Origin: Dicyema japonicum
Taxonomy: Eukaryota; Animalia; Dicyemida
Length of the DNA stretch: 64,000 bases
Reading direction: 5' to 3'
Assembly: GCA_011109175.1 (NCBI GenBank)
Contig: RDEW01000045.1
Span: 100,482-164,481 of the forward strand
Made by a program: the position numbers and the translations under genes. Every line of letters starts with the position of its first letter. The first letter of the stretch is position 1. Of the stretch, positions 50,788 through 62,849 are shown in pieces. The notes beneath the pieces were generated by a model. That model was not told the DNA's origin, did not search any database, and saw only the letters and a list, made by a program, of their open reading frames with translations.

Positions 50788-52705
50788 TTAAATTATTTTT
50801 TTAAATGTTGAATCTTCCATTTTGGCCACGGAATATCTCATTTTTTTAGTCTGCTGCTCCAAAAGACCAATCCTCACCTCATTCGCTTCGATCTGATTTC
50901 TCATGTCTTGTAAAATATTTCCAGAAGCTTAAATATATCTCCAATTTACTGGTTGGAAGAGGCCCATTCAAGTCAGGATAATACAGCAAAAGCTTCAAGT
51001 GGTCGTCCAACTCGTTTATTCTAGTTTTCGCACTTTTTAAGGCTTCTGATTGGTCAAATAGCAACTTTTTGAGCTCTTCGTTTTCTTTTATCGCCGCGGA
51101 TAAATTTCCAGAACTCGCTGTCCTGGCAGCAACATCAGCCTGAGTCGTTACAGTTTAATACTCTAATTTTTTCTTTTGTCATGTTCCGCAAAAGCTCATT
51201 TCTGGCCTCTGACTCATTCTGGGCTAACGTCAGCTTCTCTCTGAGGTCGGCATTCTCATCATTGAGCTGACTTGAAGATTCACTAAGCTCCTCAATTCTG
51301 TCCAACAGAATCGACTGCTTGTCTTGGACTGTCTACAGCCGTTCAAATAACCTCAACTTTAAGTCGACTTTCGACTAAAGACTTCGACCTCTTTTCTTGC
51401 TCCACCAAGGCAGCCAATTCCGCCAGTTTTTGTTCCATTATATTCATCCCCAAGTTACTGTCTTCACACCGCTTTTCTAAGCTTATGATTTTGGTGGACA
51501 ATTCAGAATTTTCCTTCACTGCACATTTATCGGAAAACCTCACTTATAGAACCCCCTTGAGCTTCAAGTTGGGAGATATTCTCCTTCATATTCGTCACCA
51601 ATAAATTTTGTTCGTTTTCTCTTCGCTCAGACTCTCTGAGGTTCCCGAGGACTTCTTCCAATTCGAGCTGTATTTTGATTTTTTCGTCATTTATGATGTC
51701 GTTAGTGGCTTCCATTTGCTTCATTCGTCCCTCAAGGCGGCTCAGATTTTGTTGATAGTTGGATCTTTCTCTCCTTTGCTCAGTTTCCATGGTTTCGACC
51801 ATTTTGTGGGAGTTTTACAATTTATTTCCAACTCCAAGTAAAGAGAGAGAATTTTGGAGACATCTTCTTTAAGGGCGTCGATGATTTGAAAGGGCGACTC
51901 CATTCCATTGACACATTCTGTAGGGAAGTAATCGAAGACGTCTTTTATCATTGATTTGATTTTATTTTTCTCACAAAACGTCAGAATTTCACTGCACGTC
52001 TTAAATGAGCACGAAACCAACTCTTTTCAGGACCAGATCTGTTCGGTGACATCCCTCACAAGGAACAAAGCACGTCCTTTCTGTTTGCGTCCCTTTAACC
52101 GAATAGTCAACCGCCAATCCTTCTAAAATTACACAAATTGATTCTCCTTTGATCTCCTGTTTATTAGGGGGAGATCCTTTGCCAAATGAATTCTCGGAAG
52201 ATGAGTCACTAATCTGTTGCTCAAGTTGGCTGATTTTCCTCGCGTATGTCTGTTGCTGGAGGTCATCTTCAAACCCTTACTTGTGAATTTATATGGAGGA
52301 AGTAATCATTCAGAAAAGACAGCAGAACCCAGTATTTATTGATGGCAAGTCCCAAGGAGGTGAATTTGGAGACTGAACTGTTCCTCTGTCCATTTATTAG
52401 AGTACTCAGCTGTTCAGTTAGGAGATTAAGCAGAAAAACGAATCCGGGAATATTAAAAGCTCTAACCTGTCAATCGTGAGCTCAAGTAGGAGAATGTAAT
52501 GATTCAGCTTATCCTGAGTGTCTTGGCACATTTTGTTTAAATATTGAGAGACGTCTACTGAGTGGGCTTTCAAAGTCGGGAACTTCCACGAAACATAATT
52601 TTCCAATTCTTCACATTGGGGACTTATATTTTGGAGAGAATTGTTGATGTCATTAAGATCACTTGAAATACATTGGATGCACAAATCTAAGCTTTGTTGG
52701 GACAT
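50788..52705 (-). CDS. CCDC157: Coiled-coil domain-containing protein 157-like, multi-exon
   Basis: N-terminal CIQCISSDLND..SWKFP..LLELTIDRLELL; long heptad regions; C-terminal DMRNQIEANEVRIGLLE; TAA 50788-90. Confidence 0.75.
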
Positions 52706-53274
52706 TAAATCTAATTTTGATAATTAAGTTGTCAACTTGACATTTTGATTTTTTCGTTTCTTGGATACTTTTTAAATTATTTTATTAAAAAATTTAAATT
52801 AAAATTTATTTTTAAGTTTTTAGTGAAGGCTATCTTATGTTTTTTATTTAAATAAATACCAGCCTGGTCCTAGGATTCCTTTCTCCCTTTTGCCTTCTTC
52901 AATTCCTAAGAGGTGTCATGTGATCCACCTATCCAAGGAGACACAAGTACCTGGTCGGCAAACAAAAAGTATCTACTCCATTGGAGAGGCATTACGCTGG
53001 CGGATATGAATGGACATGACATTTGGAAAGGATGAGTCTCATTTTGACCGTGGGAACTGGGATCAATTAACTGGTTGAGAACTCTCTTTTCTTAAATAAA
53101 TTGACTTAACGCATTTCACCAAGAAAATTAAAATTCTTACGTTTTTGGTTAACCAAAAAATTTGGTTAGACTTATTTAAATATAAAGTTAAATTAGTCAC
53201 AATTTTAGAATAAAAATATTTATAAAAATTACAAGATTTAACCTCGAAAGGTCTCTTACTTAAAAAAACTGCAT

Positions 53275-53470
53275 TTTACGCAGAGCCATATTAGCTATAG
53301 CTCCGCTCAGGCAGGGCACATTTTTTAAGTAGGAACAGTTATTATAACTAATCGTAGAGGGATACCCAAGGAATGCTCTTCACTTCTTTTTGTTGTGTGT
53401 CCTATATAGTCGATCTGGTTCCGCAGTGAAATGTTAACTGATGACTGAGTCACTTGTCAAGCCCAAGCAC
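53275..53470 (-). mobile_element. SINE family 1, headless copy
   Basis: Shares body and tail with 20433-20620; tail resembles the RTE 3' UTR at 60509-60554. Confidence 0.7.
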
Positions 53471-53624
53471 ACTTATAACTGGTAAAATAAAAATGTTTAA
53501 ATTTTAATTCCCTTTATATTTAAACTCCCCTTATAATTGATTTATTAACTTTTAGCAAATGAAGTGTCACAATCATTACTATTTTGGTAGTAATAGAAGA
53601 AATTAGCGCTGTCGTTCAAGTCAC

Positions 53625-53790
53625 GATTAGTTGTAGGGTCATTCCCAAACTGATATCCACCGGGTCAAAAGATTCCCTTCTCCCCTTTGCTTTCTTCAAC
53701 TTCAAGAAATTTCATGTAACCCATCTTCCAATTAGACATCCAATGTCTGACCAGCATCCCGAAATGATCAATCTCTTACATACTCCACTT
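53625..53790 (+). mobile_element. SINE family 2 copy
   Basis: gattccc..ttcttcaa..caatgtctgaccagcatcc core; a further copy lies at 52860-52960. Confidence 0.5.
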
Positions 53791-54014
53791 AACGGAGTCC
53801 CCACAATAACGGATATTTACGGACGAGTCGCCTAGAAAACACGTTTTACTGAAACCACATGAACTAGAAGTACCTAACAATACGTTAACTCTCGACCTCT
53901 TTCCGACCTTATAAAATAAAAAATATTAGAACACCACAACCTATTAAAAATTGTCATTAACAGCCAAATGAAAGAATAATTTATATAAAAACTAAGAAAA
54001 ACGTAACCGACAGA

Positions 54015-55543
54015 TCAACACGTTACAAAAACAGGTTTTCTAAAGCTGTGCCATGAAGGTTTGACAACGACTAAAAATATACAAAAAACCAACAATAAGG
54101 GATAGTACGAGACTCGACAAAATTAGAGAAAACACACAGTTCCATGAATAAGAGGCAAGAAAACCAGCTAAAAGAGGACCAAATGCAGCTCCTAAAGTAA
54201 CTAAAGACCCAACCCAGTGACCCAATTCCGTCAATAAACGAAGAGATCATAGAAACTATTCCGGGTTTCTGTCTGATTTTGTAGGAGGCACCCAAATCCG
54301 CAGCAATGGCAGTAACCAACAAACCAAATGTACCATTGACAAGCATTCCAATGGCGAATAAAAGTCCAGCAGAGATGTAATATTCAGATATGGGGGTAAC
54401 AGTGAACATCACTACGACAGGACAGCATATCAGGAGTTGAATGAAACAAATAAACGGTCCCTTACCGTATTTGTCCAACAAAACACCAGAAAACACACAA
54501 CCTACACCAATAAGCACTCAACTACCGAAAATACTGCCAAAGTCATAGAAGGTAGACATTGTCCCGGACTGATTGGCGGTCAGTCCGCTTGTGGAAGACG
54601 AATATATATAGCTGGGGAGCCAGTAGAGTAAAATATATCCGTTCATCTTTACGAAGAAGCAGCAGAACGAATAGCAAAAAAAGCACTAATCTATAATACA
54701 CCAAAGTACAGGAATTCCAAAGATATCAGAGAAGGACAGGTGTCAGAGTTCTCTGGATTAAAGTCTCCACATGGCCACTATCCCCAACAAATCCAAGGTC
54801 GTTCGGTCTCTCATGCATAAACCGGTAAATTAGGAATCCAAAAATAAAAGTAATTGCACCAGGGACTACAAAAGAGAGTCCCCAGTCAATATCGAGGAAG
54901 TAACCGGCAATCACAGTGCCCAAGGCGTTGCCAATATGAGAGTGGGAGTTCCACAGGCCCAGAACGAAGCCACGTCTGTCAAATAAGAACAAACGTAACT
55001 GATTCTTCCCCACCCAGTTTGTGATGATTTCGATGAGACAAGGCCACCCCGACGACATGGCCAGACCAGAGAAAAACTGAATCCCAAAATAGTACAAATA
55101 CACGTGGATCGAAAAGAAATGCCCTAAACCAAAGAAGATAGTCAACAGGCCAGAAACCAAGGTGAAAAACGCCAATACATGTGTCACCTTGTACCCACGT
55201 GTAATCTGTTTACTGAAATAAGGGAATTTTTACAAGAAAATCATCCCGAATGCGTATGGAAGTAGAAAACCGTAGTCCAACCATCCAAACAGAGTTTTGG
55301 CGTTGGGGGAGTCTGCAAATATTACAAAATGTCCACCAAAAGGCGAGAAGCTGCACGTCTTGCAGTCATCCACGTGGAGAACATTCTTTTGGTGATTTAG
55401 TGTAATCATATACTCTGACTATCGTAAGCGGTTTTCTGGCACAGTGCAGGATCACGTAGGTTGCATATGTAAAGATCCACGTGTATATTTGATAACTATA
55501 TATTTTATTAATTGTACCATTTGAACAAATCAAAACCATTCAT
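54015..55543 (-). CDS. SLC37A2: SLC37 sugar-phosphate exchanger (SLC37A1/A2-like MFS), multi-exon
   Basis: YVILHCARKPLTIV; GWPCLIEIITNW; RRGFVLGLWNSHSHIGNALG; NGTFGLLVTAIAADLG; IDGIGSLGAAFGPLLAG. Last exon uncertain. Confidence 0.88.
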
Positions 55544-55659
55544 GAAGCACGATATTGATTTAATTATTTTTAAATGAAATATTTTTTATATACTTATAAA
55601 TTTAAATAACCATTAATTTTTGTTTTTATTTTAAAATTATTTCTATATTCGTCTCGTAG

Positions 55660-55860
55660 TCCCGATGACTTAATGTAATAAGTTCAGGACCAAAATCATA
55701 AAGTCTCGGTTCGAATCCCACTGCCGTCCATTCGGTTGAAGGTTCCACGCATCTACGATGCTTTGGGGTGGACGAGTGACACCGTTATCACTGTTTCATC
55801 ACTGCAGAATTGGATTGTCTTTGGAACTCACACACAAACAAAAAGAAAAAGAAGCCAAGA
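55660..55860 (+). mobile_element. SINE family 1 copy (head and body)
   Basis: B-box ggttcgaatcc at 55708-18, then gaaggttccacgcatctacgatgc; a further partial minus-strand copy at 56750-56850. Confidence 0.75.
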
Positions 55861-56332
55861 ACACTTTCAATCTCTTGGATATGCCTAGGATTAATAATGG
55901 AACATCACCACTCCTTTTTTGGATGGCTGTATTTTTTGTCTCGTAGTCACACGCAAACAATTAAAGTTGCATGGGAAGAAAGGGTTTGGGTCTGCTGGGT
56001 AATATTGTAGGGAGTTTGAAGATTCTCTTGTATTACTCTGTTCCTGATGACCATTATTGTGGTGTCATGTGTTCCATTAGTCTCAGGTGACGCCAAGTGC
56101 CAGGATGGCGCCAAAAATAACCATTAAACAATTCCTACTCAATTGGATCATACCTGGGGAACTGTAACCCATCGTAGTTTATTTCTCTCCCTTCTCTGTA
56201 TTCGCAAGGATTTCTGTGTGATTTTGGAAGGTCATGTCAGGGACCGGAAATATTAGGATATTATGATTCAAACCACTTTAAAGAAATCACTGATTTCACT
56301 GTGGCTATCGAATGCCTTTAATTTTCATAGAC

Positions 56333-56376
56333 TGAGATAAGGCCACCCGGACGACGTGGCCAGACCAGAGAAAAAC
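56333..56376 (-). pseudogene. 44-bp SLC37 exon fragment
   Basis: FFSGLATSSGWPYL versus FFSGLAMSSGWPCL in the gene (55034-55077). Confidence 0.7.
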
Positions 56377-56957
56377 ACCAGAGACTACTAAAGATGTTAA
56401 TCATGAAAGCAGTTGTTGAAGATTTTTGAGTATCTCCACAGAACTACTGGATATCACTATTTTTCAGGCGAGGAGAAAGTTGGGTTATTTTCAGGAAGAA
56501 ATCACGTACGTATTTCATTGAATATTACACCTGCGGTTAATTGGGAGAGGTCCCTTGTTAATGCGAGATGGTTTTTCACTCAAAAAGCTAAGAAAGCTAA
56601 TGGAAGGATTGTTGAGTATTGTTAAGAACTGTAAACGGGGAAGGCTGTCCAGTTCCGCAATGAGGTATGACTACATCCACAGCGTAAGAGTGAGAGTCGC
56701 ACTAAGACGGGTTTTGGGAGGAACTATTCTGAAACGCTAATTGCTCGTCAGCCATAAAACATCGTAGATGCACGGAACCTTCGGTCTGAATAAATAACTG
56801 CAAGATTCGAACCGGAAAGGATCCAAGTTTGTCTAGCACTTAAAAAACACTCCGGAAATACTTCAGAGGAAATCCTTCCACCAAGTAGGTAACGGTGTGG
56901 GAGTCGAGCCCAGAGCTAACGACTTCAGTTTAAGTACATAGTGAAAATTTAGGATGA

Positions 56958-57414
56958 CTCAAAAATTGCACAAAATACGTAAAAATTATTATTAAGAACA
57001 TTCGAGAAGTTTTTGCTACGTAGACTTTCTCAAGTTTTCCTAAATTTTATGTCAGATGCGGTTCGAACCTGGAGTTTTGTGCATTCGATTATCCTGATTC
57101 TGAAATTTCGTATATCCAAAATACTCCGAGTCTTCAATTCGTCCATTACATTAGTGAAACGGGGGAATCTGTAGAAACTAAGACGATTCCTCGTTAGAAA
57201 TTAACATCCCTAAGAAATTTTCGTGTATAGATCTTTCCCCGAATGGATTCATGATTTCTATGAGGACTGAGACATATAAAGTAAGCAAAATGGTTAAAGA
57301 CAATCAATTATGCAGTTGAGGTTTCCCTATATTTCAGAGACTGAGATAAGGGTTTGCTCTTTAGAAAATGTTACTATGTACTGGTGTACAGAAGAGCATT
57401 TGAATCATCACTAA
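56958..57414 (+). CDS. Orphan spliced ORF, 5' end missing or disrupted
   Basis: Three GT-AG introns (57020-55, 57193-230, 57281-315) keep one frame open for about 115 codons; no family recognised. Confidence 0.35.
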
Positions 57415-58164
57415 AGGGATTGTTATGAGGAAAATAGTGAATGAAGAAAGTGAATCAGGTGCGACTATTCATTAGTAGTTGATCTTGATAAATTGGAGCT
57501 GTCCTCAAAAACTCTCTTAGCTTAAGTGTCTAGATAAATTAGATATTCCACTTAACCCTAACACCACATGCGTTTACAAATGAGTTGAATCACTATGAGT
57601 CGATTGACAGCGAAGAATCCTATGATCAAAGTATTTTATGCGCAGTCGATACTTTTATGGGTAGAATTCAAATTTCACAAATTTTCATTTAAATGTCTAG
57701 TTTATTTATTCTAAGACAGAAAATCACCATTAAATTAAGGAAGAAAAAACACGCACTTAAGAGGCCTTTAGGAGATCCAACCACATCTTCATTCGCTGTC
57801 CCTCACAAGATCCCACGCACCTCCTCTAGACTCATGCACTAGTAGGGGGTCACGTGAGATGAACCGCACACCTGTTATCGTCGAGAAGAGCTTATGTCCT
57901 GTATTGTCCAAGAAGCACCTTTATGAAGTTGTGTTTTCTTTAGCAAGGAGACGTCACATGGCTAAATTATCGTCCAAAAGTCATGAGGGAGTCAAATACT
58001 CAATATTTTTGAAGGGAATTTGTTCACGTTTCAGAATCAGTCTGAGGCGGACTCGAAAGTTAATTTTTTTATTTTTTTAGATTTAAATTAAATTTGGTAA
58101 TTTTATTTATTTTATTCAAATTAATTTAAAAAATAAATACTATTTTATTTTGTTCTTGTTTGTG

Positions 58165-58443
58165 ATGAGCGGTTCAACGACTTCTCAGAAGCACAATGAC
58201 TTTGTGATAGAACCGATGGGAGATAAGGACGTCTTCCAGTTAGCAGGAGTCGGTAATGTCATTGGTAATAGACTGATTGATGCCGGATATTCTAAATCTT
58301 ATCACGTATTAGGACAGTTTCTGTTACTGAATAAAGAAAAGGATCTTTTCGTGGATTGGATGACAAACGAAGTTGGTGGAATGACTAGTTGTTCCAAGAG
58401 AACATTCGAGTGCCTTAATGAGTGGTGCTCTGCTTTTCTATGA
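58165..58443 (+). CDS. BANF1: Barrier-to-autointegration factor, intronless, 92 aa
   Basis: TTSQKHNDFVIEPMGDK..LAGVG..VLGQFLLL..CLNEWCSAFL. Confidence 0.97.
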   Translation: MSGSTTSQKHNDFVIEPMGDKDVFQLAGVGNVIGNRLIDAGYSKSYHVLGQFLLLNKEKDLFVDWMTNEVGGMTSCSKRTFECLNEWCSAFL

Positions 58444-59494
58444 TATTTAGTTGTTGCTTGAATAAATTCATTTTTGGCTATTATTATTTTACATACTATT
58501 TTTGAAGATATTCAGGGGGTCTGTTTACGCGGAATTCACTCCCATCACTGGAACCTCCTTCTGAATATGACATTCTTTTTTTTACTACAACTTAGCAAGA
58601 GTGTCGCTCCCTGGGATCCTTGACTTTCATGTCGAGTCTTGGTGGTTCGGGCAAGTAGAGATCTCGGACTTTTTTCTACATAGAGATGGGCTAAGAGTGC
58701 GAGTCTCACTCAGACGGAGCTGTGAATTCTTTCAGTCTAGGTTCGATTTTTTGGGAAAATGATATCTTGGAGGTCAGTAGGATCCTGTGGCTACGGTTAG
58801 TGGATTTGAGTAGTGGGAAGGTTTGGCGGTTAGAGACGAGTTTTAAGATGTTGTAAGCTCCACATCTCTAGGTGACCAAGTAGCAGGATCTTCGCCTCCC
58901 AGCGTAAGTAGTCAACAGAAGTAGATTTTAACAGCACGTGATAGATTTCAAGGATGACTTTCACGTCTACTGTAGCCTCGTAACAGAGTAAATGATGTGT
59001 TTTAGTGGGAGAATATTGTGTTTTTAGAGTACAGATGGGTCTAAGACGACTCCGATTGAAGAATCCGTGGAGATGAAGACATCCAGTTTAAGGTCAGGCG
59101 GAAACACTGTTTCTATGACATCTCATTAGTTGTTAGCTTCTTTCTCTGTGAATCCGGGATTAAAAAAATAAAATTATTATTTGGATTGCTAAGGGTTCCT
59201 CAATAAAATTGTCTGACTCCATCAGTAAGGGTTCCCATAATGGGGGTTATGGATGGGAGCAATGTTTGCAAAGGACGGGTCTTACTCCAACCGGTGGATA
59301 AAACTTCTTTCAGATATATCAGGATTATTTTAAAAATTACCTCTCGTGATCTTCCACCAATCTCATTTACTGGTATTTTTTATTCGCGTTAACATTGTGA
59401 ACATATAATTTCAGATTTAAACGGGGTCTTGACGATATTGTATGCCAGAATTCTGATGTCATCTAACCAACATCATAGTTCCTGTTTGTTATCG

Positions 59495-59985
59495 AGGGCG
59501 TCTTCCGAGAGCGGTGACTGGCTCAACCTCATTCCTAATGGAGTTTAGGGTACCATTCTGGATAATGCGTCCGAACTCATTACGAATGGTATTTAAAGTC
59601 TGTGTGCCACATCCGTGGCGATTTGGAGATCAAATCGACTGTTTTAGCTACACTCTTCTCCTGTAGGAAAAGTGCAGGCAGATCTCCCAGACACGTGATG
59701 GGAAACGATCTTCCTTTTTGAAACTAGGAAACCTCTTGTCTGGGACGTCACCTGCACCGACACGTTTGCCCCTTGCAACCTACTCCAGAAGGCCGAGAAG
59801 TTGAAACAGGCAAAGTACGCGGTCCTACCAAAGGATTTCTTGGACCTGCGATACTGGGATGTCGTCTAGGGAATCGGATTTCTACATGATCAGGAGATCC
59901 CCTTGAGTGCTGCTGGTTATTTGAGCGAATCTCGCTCGCCATCCTGACAAGGAAAAGCCACACAGTCAGGACGGCCGCGGTATGA
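59495..59985 (+). mobile_element. CRE-like element with an internal deletion
   Basis: SGDWLNLIPNGV, LVWDVTCTDTFA, ERISLAIL; same subfamily as 47539-48470. Confidence 0.8.
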
Positions 59986-60490
59986 CCACTTGCTCACTAT
60001 TTTCCGTAATAATTGTTCAATCTAAAAATAGTACTACATTCTAGCGATTTCCGAAACTATCACTGGCTACTCAAGCGATTTCCGCTTTCAATTTTGAGAG
60101 GTAATAGCATGCACTCCTGGTCTATACGACTTAATTCGATTAATTTAGTTAACTTTTTTATCATTACTAAACATTTTCTGCAGAAATTTCTATGGTGGAA
60201 ATACGAAAATTTTGTATTTACCTAAAAATTCTACTTTAAGTAAGTTATTATAAATTAAACACTGTTAATTAAGTTATGGGGGAAGTAACACGAAACGGTA
60301 GGGCTTCTACCAAGACAGTCTCCAATAAATAAACACAGGGTTATCTTTGAGGATAAATACCAGATAACCATGGGGGGAAAATCTACTTAAAGCAAAAATT
60401 GTCCACTGTATATCGTAAATCTCTACTAATATTGAAAATCCTTACGAATAATAAAGTTTGGCGTCGTCTCAGTAAAGGTTTTGACTGACC

Positions 60491-60775
60491 ATTATTATTG
60501 ATGCAACACACGTAAAACCATGATAGCTATAGTTTTACCCGTGCAGGGTCATTTATAGGCAATTAGCGGTTCCACCATCCACTATCGAGCGCGACCTCTC
60601 TCAAGTCGTCCAAATGTTCTCGAAGTGTGACGACTGTTTTTAGGTAGTTGGTTACTAACCCTTGCCTTGCTACCTCGTAGGAGGCCTGACGTCCTCAGGC
60701 AGCTAGTGGTGGACGCTTTCACAGGAGGTCACAGACAGGAGAAAGCTTCCTGTAACTGTACTTGTATTGGGGGAA
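60491..60775 (-). mobile_element. RTE 3' fragment with (TAA)n tail
   Basis: LDDLREVALDSGWW C-terminal motif; 3' UTR similar to the SINE-1 tail. Confidence 0.6.
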
Positions 60776-60954
60776 GCAATTGTATAATTAATTATTAGAA
60801 AATTTAAATATATATTTCTAATATATTCAAATTAGTTCATTTAAAATCTCACTGAAAACTTTATTTTTTCAATAATTACTAATATTTACTTTGTAATCCC
60901 GAATATACCGGGAAATTTTGAGTTAATTAACGTCCAATTGCTATAATTATGGTA

Positions 60955-61150
60955 AACGCATCCTGTCCAAACATCACACCCATCCATATTGATGGCAACC
61001 CATTCATTGGAGTAGGAAAGAGATAGATCCTCTTTGGATGCCGACCAGACATAAGTGGATCAACTGAAGCCTGTTAGGAAGTAACAGAAATGCACGTAAT
61101 CCTTCGACCAGACATGTAGCGGTGTGGGTACCCACAACCAATCGCGATGG
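60955..61150 (-). mobile_element. SINE family 2 copy
   Basis: tttggatgccgaccagacat..ggatc..ccttcgacc core. Confidence 0.6.
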
Positions 61151-61273
61151 CACTATCCACTATTTAATAAAAATAAATAAAAATTATCAAATTAAGAATG
61201 AAATATTTTAGACTGGACAACCTAAAAATATAATAAATTAAAAATCTAATGAGGGTATTTATTGCGTTATAAA

Positions 61274-62849
61274 ATGCGGGAAATTGTGCACCTTCAAGTT
61301 GGTCAATGTGGTAATCAGATAGGATCAAAGGTATATTTTCTATTATAAAATTAGTTTTGGGAGATAATATCCGGTGAACATGGAATTGACCAATGTGGTT
61401 TATATGTGGGGGATTCCCAACTTCAACTCGAAAGGATAAACGTTTACTACTGTGAGGCATACAGTGGGAAATACGTTCCACGAGCAATTTTGGTTGATCT
61501 CGAACCTGGGACTATGGATGCTGTCAGAAATGGGCAATTTGGCCAATTATTTAGACCCGATAATTTTGTCTTTGGCCAATCTGGAGCAGGGAATAATTGG
61601 GCCAAAGGTCATTATACAGAAGGTGCTGAATTGGTGGATTCAGTCCTGGATATTGTGAGAAAGGAGGCTGAGAACTGCGAATGTCTCCAAGGATTCCAAG
61701 TAACTCACTCATTGGGTGGAGGGACAGGATCTGGAATGGGGACATTACTGATTAATAGAATGAGAGAAGAATTCCCTGACAGAATAATGAGCAGTTACTC
61801 AGTCTTTCCATCCCCCAAGGTATCACTAAATTCAAATTTTATCTATTATTGATAAATCTAATCATCAGGTATCAGACACAGTCGTTGAACCATACAGTGC
61901 CACCTTATCTATCCACCAACTACTCGAGTACACTGATCAGACCTACTGCATCGATAATGAGGCACTTTATGATATTTGCTTCCGAACTCTTAAATTATCA
62001 ACTCCCACATATGGAGATCTCAACCACCTGGTTTCAACTACAATGTCTGGGGTCACTACTTGTCTAAGATTCCCTGGACAGGTATTATTGGGGATAATTT
62101 TTTCAGCTTAATGCTGACCTTCGCAAATTATCTGTCAACATGGTTCCTTTTCCTCGGCTTCATTTTTTCATTTCTGGCTTGGCCCCCTTGACCTCAGCCG
62201 GGTCTCAACAGTACAGGAATCTCTCAGTTCCCGAACTCACTCAACAAATGTTTGATGCAAAGAATATGATGGTTGCCTGTGACCCCAGAAATGGACGATA
62301 CCTAACAGTTGCCGCAATTTTCAGGGGAAAAATGTCAATGAAACAAATTGACGAGCAAATGCTTAGCATCCAAAACAAAAACAGCAATTATTTCGTTGAG
62401 TGGATCCCCAACAACGTCAAAACAGCTGTCTGTGATATCCCACCACGTGATCTAAAAATGTCTGGAACCTTTGTTGGGAATTCCACAGCTATTCAAGAAA
62501 TATTCAAACGAATATCGGAACAGTTCTCGGTAATGTTTAGAAGACGTGCTTTCCTCCACTGGTATACGGGGGAAGGAATGGATGAAATGGAGTTCACTGA
62601 AGCTCAGTCAAACATGTTCGACTTGATTACCGAGTATCAGCAATATCAAGACGCTGGAATAGAAGAGAAGTAATGTTTAGAAGACGTGCTTTCCTCCACT
62701 GGTATACGGGGGAAGGAATGGATGAAATGGAGTTCACTGAAGCTCAGTCAAACATGTTCGACTTGATTACCGAGTATCAGCAATATCAAGACGCTGGAAT
62801 AGAAGAGAACGATCCCGAGGGGGAATTTGAAGACGAGGAGACAGTTTGA
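61274..62849 (+). CDS. TUBB: Beta-tubulin (4 exons); as assembled it stops at 62673 (433 aa), and the native tail (445 aa, TGA 62847-49) follows a duplicated block
   Basis: MREIVHLQ; GGGTGSG; introns 61331-54, 61820-68, 62082-106. Confidence 0.97.
62530..62809. repeat. Perfect 140-bp tandem duplication in the last beta-tubulin exon
   Basis: 62530-62669 is identical to 62670-62809. Confidence 0.97.

Noticed and set aside
62530-62810. Splice rescue of the tubulin duplication using the GTAATG at the junction
   Set aside because: No AG|GT inside the unit and no acceptor in the needed phase; every option shifts the frame or deletes conserved residues.
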